NCBI GenBank assembly: GCA_964187785.1
Contig: OZ076413.1
Span: 49,354,001-49,418,000 of the forward strand
Direction of reading: 5' to 3'
DNA from: Amphiscolops sp. MND2022
Taxonomy: Eukaryota
Length of the DNA stretch: 64,000 nucleotides
Numbering within the stretch: position 1 is the stretch's first letter; each line of letters starts with the position of its first letter. Shown here in pieces: positions 1 to 11,968 of this stretch. A program made the position numbers and the translations under genes. The notes below the pieces were generated by a model, which ran no database searches, had not been told where the DNA came from, and worked only from the letters and a program-made list of their open reading frames with translations.

Positions 1-25
1 TCGCCAAACGGTTTTCGGATGGACA

Positions 26-3000
26 GTGTCAGGAACAGCGCCCTCTAAATACTCAGGTAATGCTGAGGCGTTTCGGGCATCGGTTGACTCATTTGACTTT
101 CAACTCCAACAATTCTGGGAAGTTGAAGAATTGCCGCAACGTTCAATGTGGACAAGGGAAGAAAGTGACTGTAATGAACATTTCTGTGAAAATACGAGAA
201 TAGAGAAAAACCATTTTGTTGTGAAGCTTCTTTTCCGGTCCTTAATGAAGCTAGGAGAATGTTTGAGTAAAGCAAAGTGAAGATTCAATCGTTTGAAAAT
301 CGCTTGAATGCAAAACCAGACCTGAAAAAACGATACAAAGCATTCATTGATGAGTTCATCGACATGCTGCATATGGAGGTGGTTCCTGAGGCAACAGTAG
401 AAGTACCTGATGATCAATGCTTCTTTTTACCACATCATTGTGTTTTCAAGGAGTATTCGACTACTACAAAAATGAGAGTAGTTTTTGACGGATCTGCAAA
501 AACTTCTTGTGGTATTTCTCTAAATGATGCTCTCATGGCTGGTCCAACAATACAGAATGATTTGTTCTCCATTTTATTGAGGTTCAGAAAATACCCAATT
601 GAAGTATCAGCCAATATCGAGAAAATGTACCGACAGGTACCATTGGATGAAACTCATCGAAACTTTCATCGGATCCTTTGGCGAGACGATGAAACTCAGA
701 AACTTCAGACACTGCGCATGCCTCGTGTTACGTACGGAATCGCATCGTCTGCATTTCATTCTACACGATGCCTAGCTGACATTGCAGACAAAACATCTGA
801 TGAAGAAAACAAGTATCCCATAAAGCATGGTTTCCATGTTGATGACTTTTTCGGAGGCAGTAATTCTACAGATGAAGCTAGAATTCTAATTCGAAAGCTT
901 TGTGAACTACTTAATGAGTACGGTTTTCTGCTGCGAAAATGGGTGTCAAATAGTCTAAATTTGATTCGTGAAATCCCCGCAGAACTGAGAAAATCGGCTG
1001 ATGAAGTGCAGCTTTTCTCAAAAAATTATAAAGTGAAGGCACTGGGGATGTCTTGCAAACCAAACAAGGATATTTGCTTTTTCTCAACACATTTAGACAA
1101 TCATTAAAATGTTACAAAAAGAACGATGTTGTCCCTAGTTGCGAAATTAAATGACCCACATGGTTTCCTGTCACCAATATTAATCAAGTTCAAAAAATTT
1201 AATTCAACGAATTTGGGTACATGGCACGAAATGGGACGACAACGTGCATCCAAAAATTGCATCTGATTTCGAGTGTCAGTTCAATGAATTTCCAGAAATC
1301 CACACAATTCACTTGCCGCGACCGGTTGTCAAAAATCAACCTATCAATCTTCAGCTTCATATGTTCTTTGATGCGCCAAAAAAGCATACGCACCGGTTTT
1401 TTACGGTCGAGCAAAGGATAAGTTAGGATTTGTGACAGTACATCTCCTGACGTCAAAAACAAAAGTTGCACTTGTTATAGTTGTTTCATTGCGTCGTTTA
1501 GAGCTCTGTAGTGGACACTTAGGAGCTCAATTGCTGAAACTCACAAAATCACAATTTGACGTAGTCAATGCCCAGATGACTCTTCACGCTTGGACTGATT
1601 CAAAGATTGTTCTCCAATGGCTTGCACAGATTCCACGAACATGGAACACGTTCGTCGCTACTAGAGTGGCTCAAATTCAAGAAGTAGTAAAAAGAGACTG
1701 CTGGAACCACTGCTCAACAATCGATTATCCAGCCGATCTAGCTTCAAGAGGTGTTTCAGTCAAAACTCTCGTAAACTCCACGCAGTGGTGCCGAGGCCCA
1801 ATTTGGTTACGTCTGGAAACTGACTGTTGGCCGAAAATTCTTTTACCAAGCAGGGTAGAAACGTTGGAAAAAAGAAAGACATCGAAAAAGTGACTAGTAA
1901 GATTCATCATTTTATGTCACACGCAAGTCGGGTTACGTTCCCAGAAATTGATGATATACTCCAAATCATACGCTTTCGCAATCGCGATAAACTATTTCGG
2001 ATAACCAGTTACGTACTCAAGTTCATTTTCAAGTGTAAGCAGAAAGTGAGCAAAGATAGCATCAGTATTGACCGATGTCACAATCAGAAACATGCACCGA
2101 AGAATTTAGTTGGTCAAGAACAGCATTCACACTTTTATGAAGAAATCGCTGCATTAAAAAATGACGGCTTAAACAAGAAATCGCCCCGCAAGAATCTTTC
2201 AGCTTTTTATGATCCTGAACATGACCCTGTTCGAGTTGGTGGCAGACTAAGTCAGTCCGATTATTTTGAAGATAAAAAATTCCCCTATCTTCTGCCGACG
2301 GAAAGTCCGCTCACAAACCTGATCATCAATCATTTTCATGAAACTACGCTTCATGGTGGGGGCCAACACTAAATACGATACGACAGAAGTTTTGGATCAT
2401 AAATGGAAGAAAATCTGTAAGCAAAAGAATGCGTAATCGTGTGAAATGCTATAGATTTCAATCCTGCCCGATCGAACAGATGATGGCAGATCTTTCATCA
2501 GAAAGAGTTACCCCAGCACAACCATGTTCTCAGACTGGATTAGATTTCGCATCTGCAATCAAGATTAAAGATGCTAAAATCCAAAAATCTATATAGCAGT
2601 ATTCCTTTGTCTGGCAACAAAGGCCATTCACATGGAAAAGGTATCAAGTTTAAAGAAGCAAGATTGCATTATGGCATTGAAACGTTTTGCGCGACGAGGA
2701 AAACCCAAGAAAGTCATTAGTGACAACAGCAGTAACTTTATCGGTGCAAGAAATGATCTGATGAGAATACAAGCAATCCTTGGGAAATCTAACCAAAGTG
2801 AATCTTTGAGAATGTGTTTGAGGCAGCAAAGAATTGAGTGGGTAACAATCCCTCCACGTGCACCTCACTTTCGAGGAGTGTGAGAGGCAGGAGTTAAGAG
2901 CACGAAACGCCATTTGAGACGTGTTGTTGGAGTCCAGAGAAGGAATTAGGAGGAATTGCTGACTTTCATCAACCAAATCGAAGCAATTCGTAACTCAAGA

Positions 3001-3430
3001 CAATTGTTCCCAATGTACAAGGACCCTAATGATTTTTCACCTCTTAATCCTGGACCCTTTTTGATAGGTGATTCCATGATTTCGCTACCACAAGAAGATG
3101 TAGTTATCAAAAGCAATCAGCGATTCAAATTACTCCATGTATCAAGGATGTATCAAGATGTATCAAGGATTTAGGAAATCGAGAAAGCGCGATTATCTAA
3201 CTGAACTCCAAGTCGGCAAAAAATGGTTTATTAACGGTCCACAGCTTGCAGTAGGTGACTTGGTTGTAATCGCTGAACTTAATGAGCCACCACTTATGTG
3301 GAAAACTGGTCGAGTTGTCAAACTTTTCGAATGTAATAATGGTATTTCAATAGTTTCAGACTTAAAGACAATTACAGGGAATTGCGTTTGACCAGTAGCA
3401 AAGTTACGAAAGCTCCCACTGGATCCAGTT
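26..3430 (+). pseudogene. pol: Degenerate BEL/Pao LTR-retrotransposon pol (RT, RNase H, integrase, DUF5641-like tail), broken by many stops and frameshifts
   Basis: BEL-type motifs in order: FWEVEE, FLPHHCV...TTKMRVVFDGS, SLNDALMAGP, RVTYG, HVDDF, LRKWVSN, RLELC, WTDS.IVL.W, PADLASRG, RVGGRL, SDNSSNF, PPRAPHF, GDLVVI...W..GRV. Confidence 0.9.
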
Positions 3431-5076
3431 ACAAATTGGATACGACACTACTACTTTAAAAAGTATGATTCAAAATGATTATCAAAAAAAGGAAAAGGCA
3501 GTACAATCAACTACACCAAAAAGTTGCGATAAGTGACCAATTTTACTCTTCAGCACTATTAACCCCTTTATTCGTTTGCCAATACACTCCTCTTCAACAT
3601 AGATTTGGATTGAAGTCCTTTACTATTGTGCATTTCGATATATCATCTTGAAAACGAAGAAATTAAAATCATTTTAGTCGAAAATAAGCTGTCTGAAATC
3701 AAAACTTTTATGTTTTTGCTCAATTTCATTTGATCTTATTGGTTGAATGAACCCTAGCTAGCACTTCGGTGCACTCCCTTGTTATGATTTATCCAGATTA
3801 AAAATTTTGTTTCATGCTTACCTTTATTCTGTACTGCTTTTATACCCTTTACGGCTCTTGCCCACAGCAGTCCTGTCTGAAGCCATATTCCTTTGACGAT
3901 TACACCATTCATCTGATATGTTCCGCTCCACAGTGCAAATACAACTACAATTGACTTGCTCTACTTCGGTCCACACCGAATGCAGAAATCCCTACGGAAA
4001 ACAAACAGTGCAAACCGGATCAACGACAGTATAACAAATCTGCGCAGCTCTGATTGGCTTAAGGCTGTCTAATAGGCGAATGGTCCCAGAGAGTGATGTT
4101 CTTCTTACTCTTGCTGCTCGATCGAGTTCCTGGTCCAAACTCGATAAAGCACAGAACATCCACAGTTTTCTCCCAGAGATATGTGTGACGAATGAATGGC
4201 CCTCTTGGGGGTAAAAAGCTCAGAAGCTTGATTTCTCCACAAATACCAAGTCTCCTAGAAGTTCGGATATTAGCTCTGATGCATCCAAAAGAGGATCGAT
4301 GGTGAAGGGACTGAATTTTTACACCCGATCTTACACGGGCAGGGCTCTCGTCACTTTTACTAAAATTCAGACCTCACCATGATGAGGAATGTCATCAAAA
4401 GAAAATTCTTTCAAATACGTTAGATCCGTGTCACTCAATCCTACTACGGGTGTCTTGATCACAGCCACTTCCAAAGGGTTATCCCATACTTGCTCAATGG
4501 TTCTCAATGGAACACAGCTGAATTTCTGCTCTGGATTGGATAGAATTGCAACAAAATTCTTGAAAGACGTCAAGTTGGTGACAGTTGAACTTCTCCTATT
4601 CTCTCTGAGATTGACGAAAGAGTACTCAGGAACTCGTCTGTTGCGTCCAGAAGCTGAACGATTGGCATCACGATCAACAAATTCAGTCTTATTGAATCTT
4701 AAAATATTGAATGAATTCAAGGTGTCCTGGATGTTGAAAACCTAAACATATTTCCATCCTTTTCATGCTATTCTGTTTAAAATTAGTCAGATATCATTCA
4801 TGGATAACTTTATGCTTTACCGCTTGATTTATTACTGTTCACGTTTCACTCTTTTTCACTCACTCAACAAAAAAGCAGTGCTTTCAAAAATATATTCTTC
4901 TTTCTTAACAACGTTTTGCTCTCCCGCACAACATTTGGAGCTGGAGGTGTTTCGGATGTTCGAAAAACAGGACATATATTGCTTTAAAAGACTTCGCAAG
5001 ATAATATTTAGCTTTTTAACACTCTTCGCAAGCTGTGACGACATCATCGAAAACATTTCACTAAAAATTTCGCTAT

Positions 5077-5142
5077 GAATCAGTTTCGAACACTAACGAC
5101 AAGATTATCAATAGTCTTGTTTTCAATGTTCGAAACTGATTC
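5077..5142. repeat. Imperfect inverted repeat / hairpin
   Basis: GAATCAGTTTCGAACA ... TGTTCGAAACTGATTC 16-bp perfect outer stem, plus inner ACAAGATTAT/ATAGTCTTGT. Confidence 0.75.
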
Positions 5143-7359
5143 TTATCGAAACCTTTTGTTATATATTTTTGGTAAAGTGAAACTCTATAGCAATTTGTTT
5201 ATAAGGTGTAATAGGTTTGTTTGATGAGCTTTCCTTCATTAGCAGGCTCTTAGGATCATGCATATTATTTACTATTTAGAACTCATACACCTTGTTTCTC
5301 ATTTCCCCCAGCACAAAAGAAACTTTTATGCTTGAAAAAACTTCTTGGGCGAATGAACGAAATTGATATAGCTATAAATACTTAGAGGAATGTCTTCATA
5401 GCTGTTTTGACACTTGAATTAAAAATTAATCCAGATTTTTTCTGTATTGTCCGACAAAAAAGCAAAATTCACCTCTGGTACAAGCTAAAAATGTAAAAGA
5501 AAGCCCCTATTTCAACCCCATAACTTAAAATATTCTCTGTCATAAATTAAAATGAGCCATTTTCAACTTTGAATTAATTTAAAACAAGATTATGTCGAAA
5601 TCGATTATTCAATTTGTCCAAAATTTCAGCGCAACCGATGTCGACATAATGTATTTGTACCTTGTTTCGTATCCAACGCCCCCCCCCTTGGCTTGGGGGA
5701 AATAAGACGCATGGCCGGCTTTTGCCTTCATCAATTAATTGTCTCATCAGTCCATTAGCCGAAATTCCACTAGGTGACCCATAAAATGTCTGAAAGCGTA
5801 AACATTTATCAACAAGATGTCAAATTTATCATTCGCCAAAATTAAAAGTTCAAGAAATCAAACAAATCCTAATACATAGGGCAAGAGATCAACGTTCTTT
5901 TTCTTCGTGGAAACTTTCTTCCACAGCAAAAATGTGCTACAGAGTATGCATTTGAACCCATGATCTTTGAAATCATGATATCGGCAACGGAACGGGTTTC
6001 AAAGACAGACTTCCTGCGATATGTGGAGACACTACAATAACCAGTTCGACGAAGACAACTCTTGTACATGCATGGTTAAGGGTGTGCGACTGTGGACAAT
6101 GTAGAAACATGGGACGAAGATGTTAGAAAGAAATTGGGAGCGATCCCATCAGCGAAAGCTGAAAATTCACATCATCATCAACAACATCAACAACAACAAA
6201 TCAGATTAAATTATAGCCGTCATAACAATTTAGATTATGCTGGATTGCAATACAAAAAGACAAATTAAGTTTTCAAATGCGCAAAACGGTTTTCGGGAAA
6301 AATGTTGTCTTTTCTGGCTTTACTTATTTGGAAACGCTTAACGTAGTGCTTAGGATTTCTTTCTTATTCATCTAGTGAACAAAGCATCAATTTGTACAGT
6401 ATAATAATGTTGTAGCACTACGTGCTGCTGCTAATCCAAAAGCTTTGCCTCTGACAAATGCCTTGGTCCAGTTTATATGTTTGATTTGAGTTCTAGGTAC
6501 CTGTTAAACTTGTCTGTTCAAACTTGGTTGTTCCTTTTCAAACGAAATTCTGGTACATGAACTGTTTTTGGCAATTTTCATAGCTTTACGTTCGAAAGTG
6601 TGACTTTTCAAGATTTTTACAGCCTATTGTTTCAACGCCAATATCATATATCATCGACTGTGGTATATCGACTGTTGTATGTCGACTGCTATAAAAAAGA
6701 AAGCAAGATATAAAAGTGAATATTAGCTTATTGTATCTTTTACTGAACGCTCAAGCTTCTTTTGCACTATCTTGTCAGGTATAATAATTACAAAGTAGAC
6801 TAATTAATTAGGACAGTCTGAATTAAGAGTTCGTGAGCTGTCATGCTCTACTTCATTCCTCCATACGATTGGCTGATGGTCGGCCAATAGAGTGGCTTGA
6901 ATTTTCCTGGTGGTGGTTGCTACCCCACTGGTTCAGTTTACAGCTTTCAATTGGGTCAATCAAGGGTTTGATCATCAATGATTGGACAGTGGGGTCGGTT
7001 CGGTGATTAGCGATCTTTGCAAATTCTTGTCCTAGAGCTCTGTTGCCAACTCTGGTTCTGTTTGTCACGGTGTTTCCCCGAGTTCATTCTCTTTAGGGTG
7101 ATTCCTGTAATCATGTCTTACCGGTTACTAAATCTAACAATAGGAATATGTATTGACAATCTTCTTTATCTGCGTCCATTTTTATGTTTTTTGGTGTAAG
7201 ATCAATTTTTGATTCAGTGCTCGAGCTCATGTTACTTGCCAATTCAAGATCAGATTTATCTACACGATATTCTTTCCCGGCTTTGGATTGCGTGTTGGTG
7301 TTTTCAAATACATTACTGTATTTGTATCTAATTTGGAATTTTTAGGCGTTCAGCGTCTT

Positions 7360-8181
7360 CCCAGTGACACGAATCTTGGTAGCCTTGCCAAGATCTTGGA
7401 AAAACATGGAAACGCATGGTAGGCTTACCAAGACGCATGGAAAAACATGATGCATGCTACGCTTGGCAAGATCTTGGCAAGATCTTGACAAGCGTTCCAT
7501 GTGGAAATGCTTGCCAAGATCATGGCAAGATCATGGCGAGATCTTGACAAGATAACCATGGTAAGACATGTAAGCTGGTATTAATTGTGCATAATTTATT
7601 CTTTTCGCAAAAATTCTTTGTCGTCTGCAATTTTTGAATTAGCCATTGTAATAACTTTGGACATAATATTTATTGATTGAAAATAGTTTTTAATTGAAAA
7701 TTATCCAAAATTTGCTCAATAATTTGCTGCACCTATTGACCGAGTTTTGTTACTTGAGAGCACGGCATTGTTACTACTAACATGACTTATCATACCAAGC
7801 AAACTCCGAATCAAGTTATTGCAACTTGCGGGTTTGCGATATCGGTGTGAAAACCAACTATTCTAGCGATGATTTGTTTAGAATTATGCAAATCATGCTA
7901 TTACCTGATCTATTGAGGTAACGGGTTCTAATTACTGAAGTTCGTGAATGCAATAAAAACTCAAAATGGTCGGAAAAATCTTGGTATGCTTGGCAAGACA
8001 CATGGAAAAGCTTGGTAAGATACATGGAAAATCTTGGTACGCTTGGTAAGACGCATGGTCAGCCTTGCCATGATCTTGCATGATCATGGTAGCCTTGGTA
8101 AGATCTTGGCAAGATCTTGCCAAGATCTTGGCAAGCATACCCATGCATCTTGGCAAGCGTGCCAAGATTCGTGTCACTGGG
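7360..8181. mobile_element. Non-autonomous TIR transposon (MITE; CMC/EnSpm-like) with subterminal CAAGATCTTG repeats
   Basis: 20-bp perfect TIR CCCAGTGACACGAATCTTGG / CCAAGATTCGTGTCACTGGG; CTT on both flanks (2-3-bp TSD); arrays of 11-bp GCAAGATCTTG units at both ends. Confidence 0.8.
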
Positions 8182-8344
8182 CTTCCATAAGACTGTCGCT
8201 TGTTGTGTCCGTCATGTGAGTTGTGACGAACGTCAGCATACTGGAGCTGGCTTTTTAGGTGGACTGTTTCCCAGTGAGTTTAGGGGAGATTGGTGTTTTG
8301 CTGGTTCCCTATCCGTTTTGGCCTGCCTGGATCGAATGTGCATG

Positions 8345-8443
8345 TCGAGAACCCAAAGACTTCAGGATCAGTAGATACCACAACTACTGGTTAGACACGT
8401 AAAGTTGTGGTATCTACTGATTCTGTAGTCTTTGGGCTTTCGA
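8345..8443. repeat. Inverted repeat, 41-bp arms, 17-nt loop
   Basis: TCGAGAACCCAAAGACTTCAGGATCAGTAGATACCACAACT versus its reverse complement at 8403-8443, 4 mismatches. Confidence 0.85.
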
Positions 8444-8469
8444 TATCGACTGGGATCATGTTTGGTAGA

Positions 8470-10340
8470 TGTCGTAAGCACGAGAGTTTGTGCTTGTGAA
8501 TCCGTCTTTGGAACGGTCGTTGGTCTGTTTATTCTTAGAATTGTTCCTAGGTTCTAAGTTTTGCAATACTTCGGAATATCCTTCCGGTCTCTCGGCCGGA
8601 ACGTTCCATCTCTCTTTGGTCAATTGTCCTGACCCGGCCATAACTACATTTTGGATTTGAGGCAAAATTTGGCTACTAATGGCTTCATTTATGGCTCTTT
8701 GGATCTGAACACTGACGCTATTCATCATTTCGTCCATCTCTCGAGATATACGTGAATTTAACTCACTCGACAATCTATTGATCTCAACGCTTGAACACTC
8801 TCTGATTGAATTATGGCCTAATTCGGTATTTGGACTTGGTCCATTGTTTCTTGGATTTGGGAATACATTTTCATTTTCATCTTCAAATTCATCTCCAAAC
8901 AAGCTTTCAGGTCTATCGGCCTGATTACTATTCACACTTCCATTTCTCTCATTTCTTTCAAAATGGTTTTCGCCTAACATAATGTCCAGATTTTCAATAT
9001 CTGATAACATATCAAGTCCTCTAGACTTTCTTGCTTTCTTTTGCTTTCTAGTGGTAGGCATTAGGACAGAACCGGGTTGAATAATTCAATTATTAAAACC
9101 GGAAAACTGACAAAAGTCGTTGTATTATTTCGATCTTTATCAAAGTGAGGGTATGAGATTAATAATCTTTTTACAGGAATATGGCTATATATACTCGTAA
9201 AAAGATGACACTCACATTCCACAAATTCTTTGATCAAGAAAAACATCACATGACTATGGTTCCAACAGGTCATGTGACAAATGTTATCACAGCGTTGGGT
9301 AAGTTATTCAGCACTTCAAAGCGGATATTTTAGGGTGATGTCCCGATTGGGGAAATTCCTAGTTTCGGGGTAGTCCTTACGAATTCAACATCAAAGGAAT
9401 GATGTTTAAAAGTGTACACAAGCAGCACCTTCAAGTATCGTGTTTACAAACATCACCAACATTGTCCTGTCAACAAATACCAATGTCTATTGAAGGAATG
9501 CAAAAGGCATCTCTTTGAAACGTACTTGTGACACGCGCTACCACGCGCCTATTATTTAACGTGAGTAGGATCTTGATTAAATATTACATGATCAGTTCTG
9601 CTTAAAATACTACAGCACTATTAAAAATAACACACTTTCTGATTATGCCGAAAATGGACAAAATCCGGTTTATTAATACAGCACTATAATAAAAGAGGGT
9701 AAAAACCTTATTCGGCTTTTAAGTAATCACTGAGTTTGTTAAGCTCGTTGCACGGTGTTGGGACTTTCATTCGTTATCAAGGGTACATTTACAGTAATTC
9801 ACGATTAGTACACTCAATTAACACACATATAGGCTATTCCAATGAAGTGGCCGGAACCGGCCATTTGACTAAAAGGCACAATTATTGAGTCAATTGGCCA
9901 TACTCGGCCATTACATAATCGGAGTGGTATTACTTATAGAAAAGGAGCAACGTGATTGGTTAAGGAGTTGAGCTCAAGTGACGTCTCCGGAATAGGAGTT
10001 TCGTTCACTTGAACTCGTTTCCTTTCTACTGCACAGCTACATTGTCACGTATCACGTTTACAATAGCAAAGCATCTTTCAATCTTCTGAAGTTACAAATA
10101 CACCATTTGAATCTTCAAATGTAACTTTTAACAGACTAATTTTACATGTGCAAGTATATATATATATATCGAAGCTAACAACATCAACAAACATATTACG
10201 TATTGAATAACAAAACAGTATGAAAGTTCTAAGTTTGTAGATTAACCCAATTTAATAAATGGGTAATGTTCCGGGTACGAACTCTTGTCCAGTTGCCGAA
10301 GTTGTCACACTCGTGCCGTCACAGGCGGCAGCCTGCGACA
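8470..10340 (-). repeat. 3' LTR of element A (1871 bp); contains a copy of the gag 5' portion (ORF 8456-9061)
   Basis: ~99% identical to 22842-24713 (about 15 substitutions and 2 small indels counted by eye). Confidence 0.95.
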
Positions 10341-11037
10341 CTGCGGGAGCATTAAAAAGAAAACAGCCAGCATTGAGTCCGTTCTCGTACGCTTCCTTCC
10401 TAAGCCTGGTGATGTACTCAGGCTCATCTCTGGGTGTAGATCGCTGCATGTACCATTCTACCTTCTCGTTCTTGATCGAGTCCACTGAACGGCCGCAAAC
10501 CATGCATCTCGTATAAGGCACTACGCTGACATTTTGATAAGGCACTGTGTTTTGCACATGGTAGGACGCATAAAACCCGCTCATTGGTGGTTGGACTAAA
10601 GGGGTATCCTGACTTGGACCTCTTTCGTGGTCTGGCGGCGACATCGGGGACTCTAGAATCGGTAAGATTGTATTGCACAGTTCGATACGTGACTTTTCCA
10701 TCCTTTTAGGAGGGGCATAGCACCTTTTTAAGTCGAAGTACTTGTGATCCATTTTTGGCGTCTTCTCAGCATTTGCACCTGATGTGCTTGGTCCAGCCAC
10801 TGACGTATCTTCTTCAGGTATCTCCGATGTCATTATCCTTCCCCCAATGAGCATAGGGCTAGATGTTACTTCTCTCTCTATCCGCGCTATCAGCTGTTCT
10901 GTATCGGTGGAACAATCCGTCTCCCAGTCTGACTCTTCGCTCTCACTACTCGATATGTAGATTACTGATTTCTCAGAGCCGTCTGAGTCGAATTCTTCTA
11001 AGTCGAATAACTTCCTTGCGAGGTTGTACTTGCTCAT
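10252..11037 (-). CDS. Element A ORF3 (261 aa, sense, unknown function; acidic/Ser-rich N-terminus with SIM-like VIYISSSESEESD and a CxxC), ends ~90 nt inside the 3' LTR
   Basis: Intact ATG-to-TAA ORF; a positional counterpart exists in element B. Confidence 0.7.
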   Translation of the reverse strand: MSKYNLARKLFDLEEFDSDGSEKSVIYISSSESEESDWETDCSTDTEQLIARIEREVTSSPMLIGGRIMTSEIPEEDTSVAGPSTSGANAEKTPKMDHKYFDLKRCYAPPKRMEKSRIELCNTILPILESPMSPPDHERGPSQDTPLVQPPMSGFYASYHVQNTVPYQNVSVVPYTRCMVCGRSVDSIKNEKVEWYMQRSTPRDEPEYITRLRKEAYENGLNAGCFLFNAPAVSQAAACDGTSVTTSATGQEFVPGTLPIY

Positions 11038-11968
11038 TATGAGTTTTTTAGCTATCTTGAAGTTTGAGGAGGCAACTAGTCAGAGTCAAAGTTTGAGATA
11101 GAATGAATCCAACAAATTTGAGGATTTGGCCGACTTGGGCCTTTTCCCGGCAATTCGTTTTCGGCGGTTGAATCTTCGGTAAATTGTCCTGATCCGACAT
11201 AAACATTCCTGAATGGAATTCCATAATTAGTCGGCCGCCTTTGATATACCGATGTTTACCCGTCATCAACACCATCACCTGAAGAGGTGTGAACGACGCT
11301 TGAGCTGTTAACGTCAATTCTCTCCATCTCAAGTGGGTAATTAACGGGTCGCTTGAAGGCTATTAACGTCACGCGCCGCTAAATTCTTTCAACATGGCTT
11401 CAGCCAATCAGAGTTAAGCTCCGATAAAATGAAAAATTAAGTAATAAAATGGCGAAAATGATAAATTAAAATAATTCAAAATGGCGGAAATAACAAATTG
11501 AGTAACTATAATAACGGAAGTCCCAATTAGGATAACAAATGAAATGGAACAAGATGATAAACCGAAATAGGGTAAACGGCCGTAATCGGCCAATAAATCC
11601 ATAAGTTGTAAATAATGAAGTAATCTTTGTACATTTCGCTGGCAGACTCCATGTACAGAATAAATATGTAAATAATCCCATAATATTAGTCTGGTAATAA
11701 TCTTCAGCCACGAACTCCAACTCTTCAATTCTTTGATTATTATTATATTCCAATTCCTTTTTACTCACATAATTGTTATATTCGAATTGTCTATTCGTCT
11801 GAGTCTTTGATAACGATATACGATCGCTCTTGCTCTCGCTTCCATCGACAGCTATTCCCTCCGGATCCTCTCCAACTTCTCTTCACCTTTAGCCGAGTTC
11901 GGCCTTATCCCCCAACTATCCAAGCCGATCTAGGACTGTTTCCCGAACTCCAGCGCTTCTACGGCAGG

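Larger units (their letters stand above)
7080..8464 (-). mobile_element. Old Gypsy remnant (integrase C-terminal tail), interrupted by the MITE at 7360-8181 and by element A
   Basis: Minus-strand PIVRFSN resembles PIIRLGNP at the pol end of the 31-33 kb Gypsy; contiguous across the element A TSD with the fragment at 24719-25030; left boundary approximate. Confidence 0.4.

Noticed and set aside
8456..9273. Separate genes of 201 aa and 70 aa
   Set aside because: The 201-aa ORF is the LTR copy of the gag 5' part; the 70-aa ORF overlaps the TATA region and has no support
11048..11768. Small minus-strand ORFs (94-104 aa) as additional accessory genes
   Set aside because: Low-complexity AT-rich sequence, no counterpart in element B, no motifs
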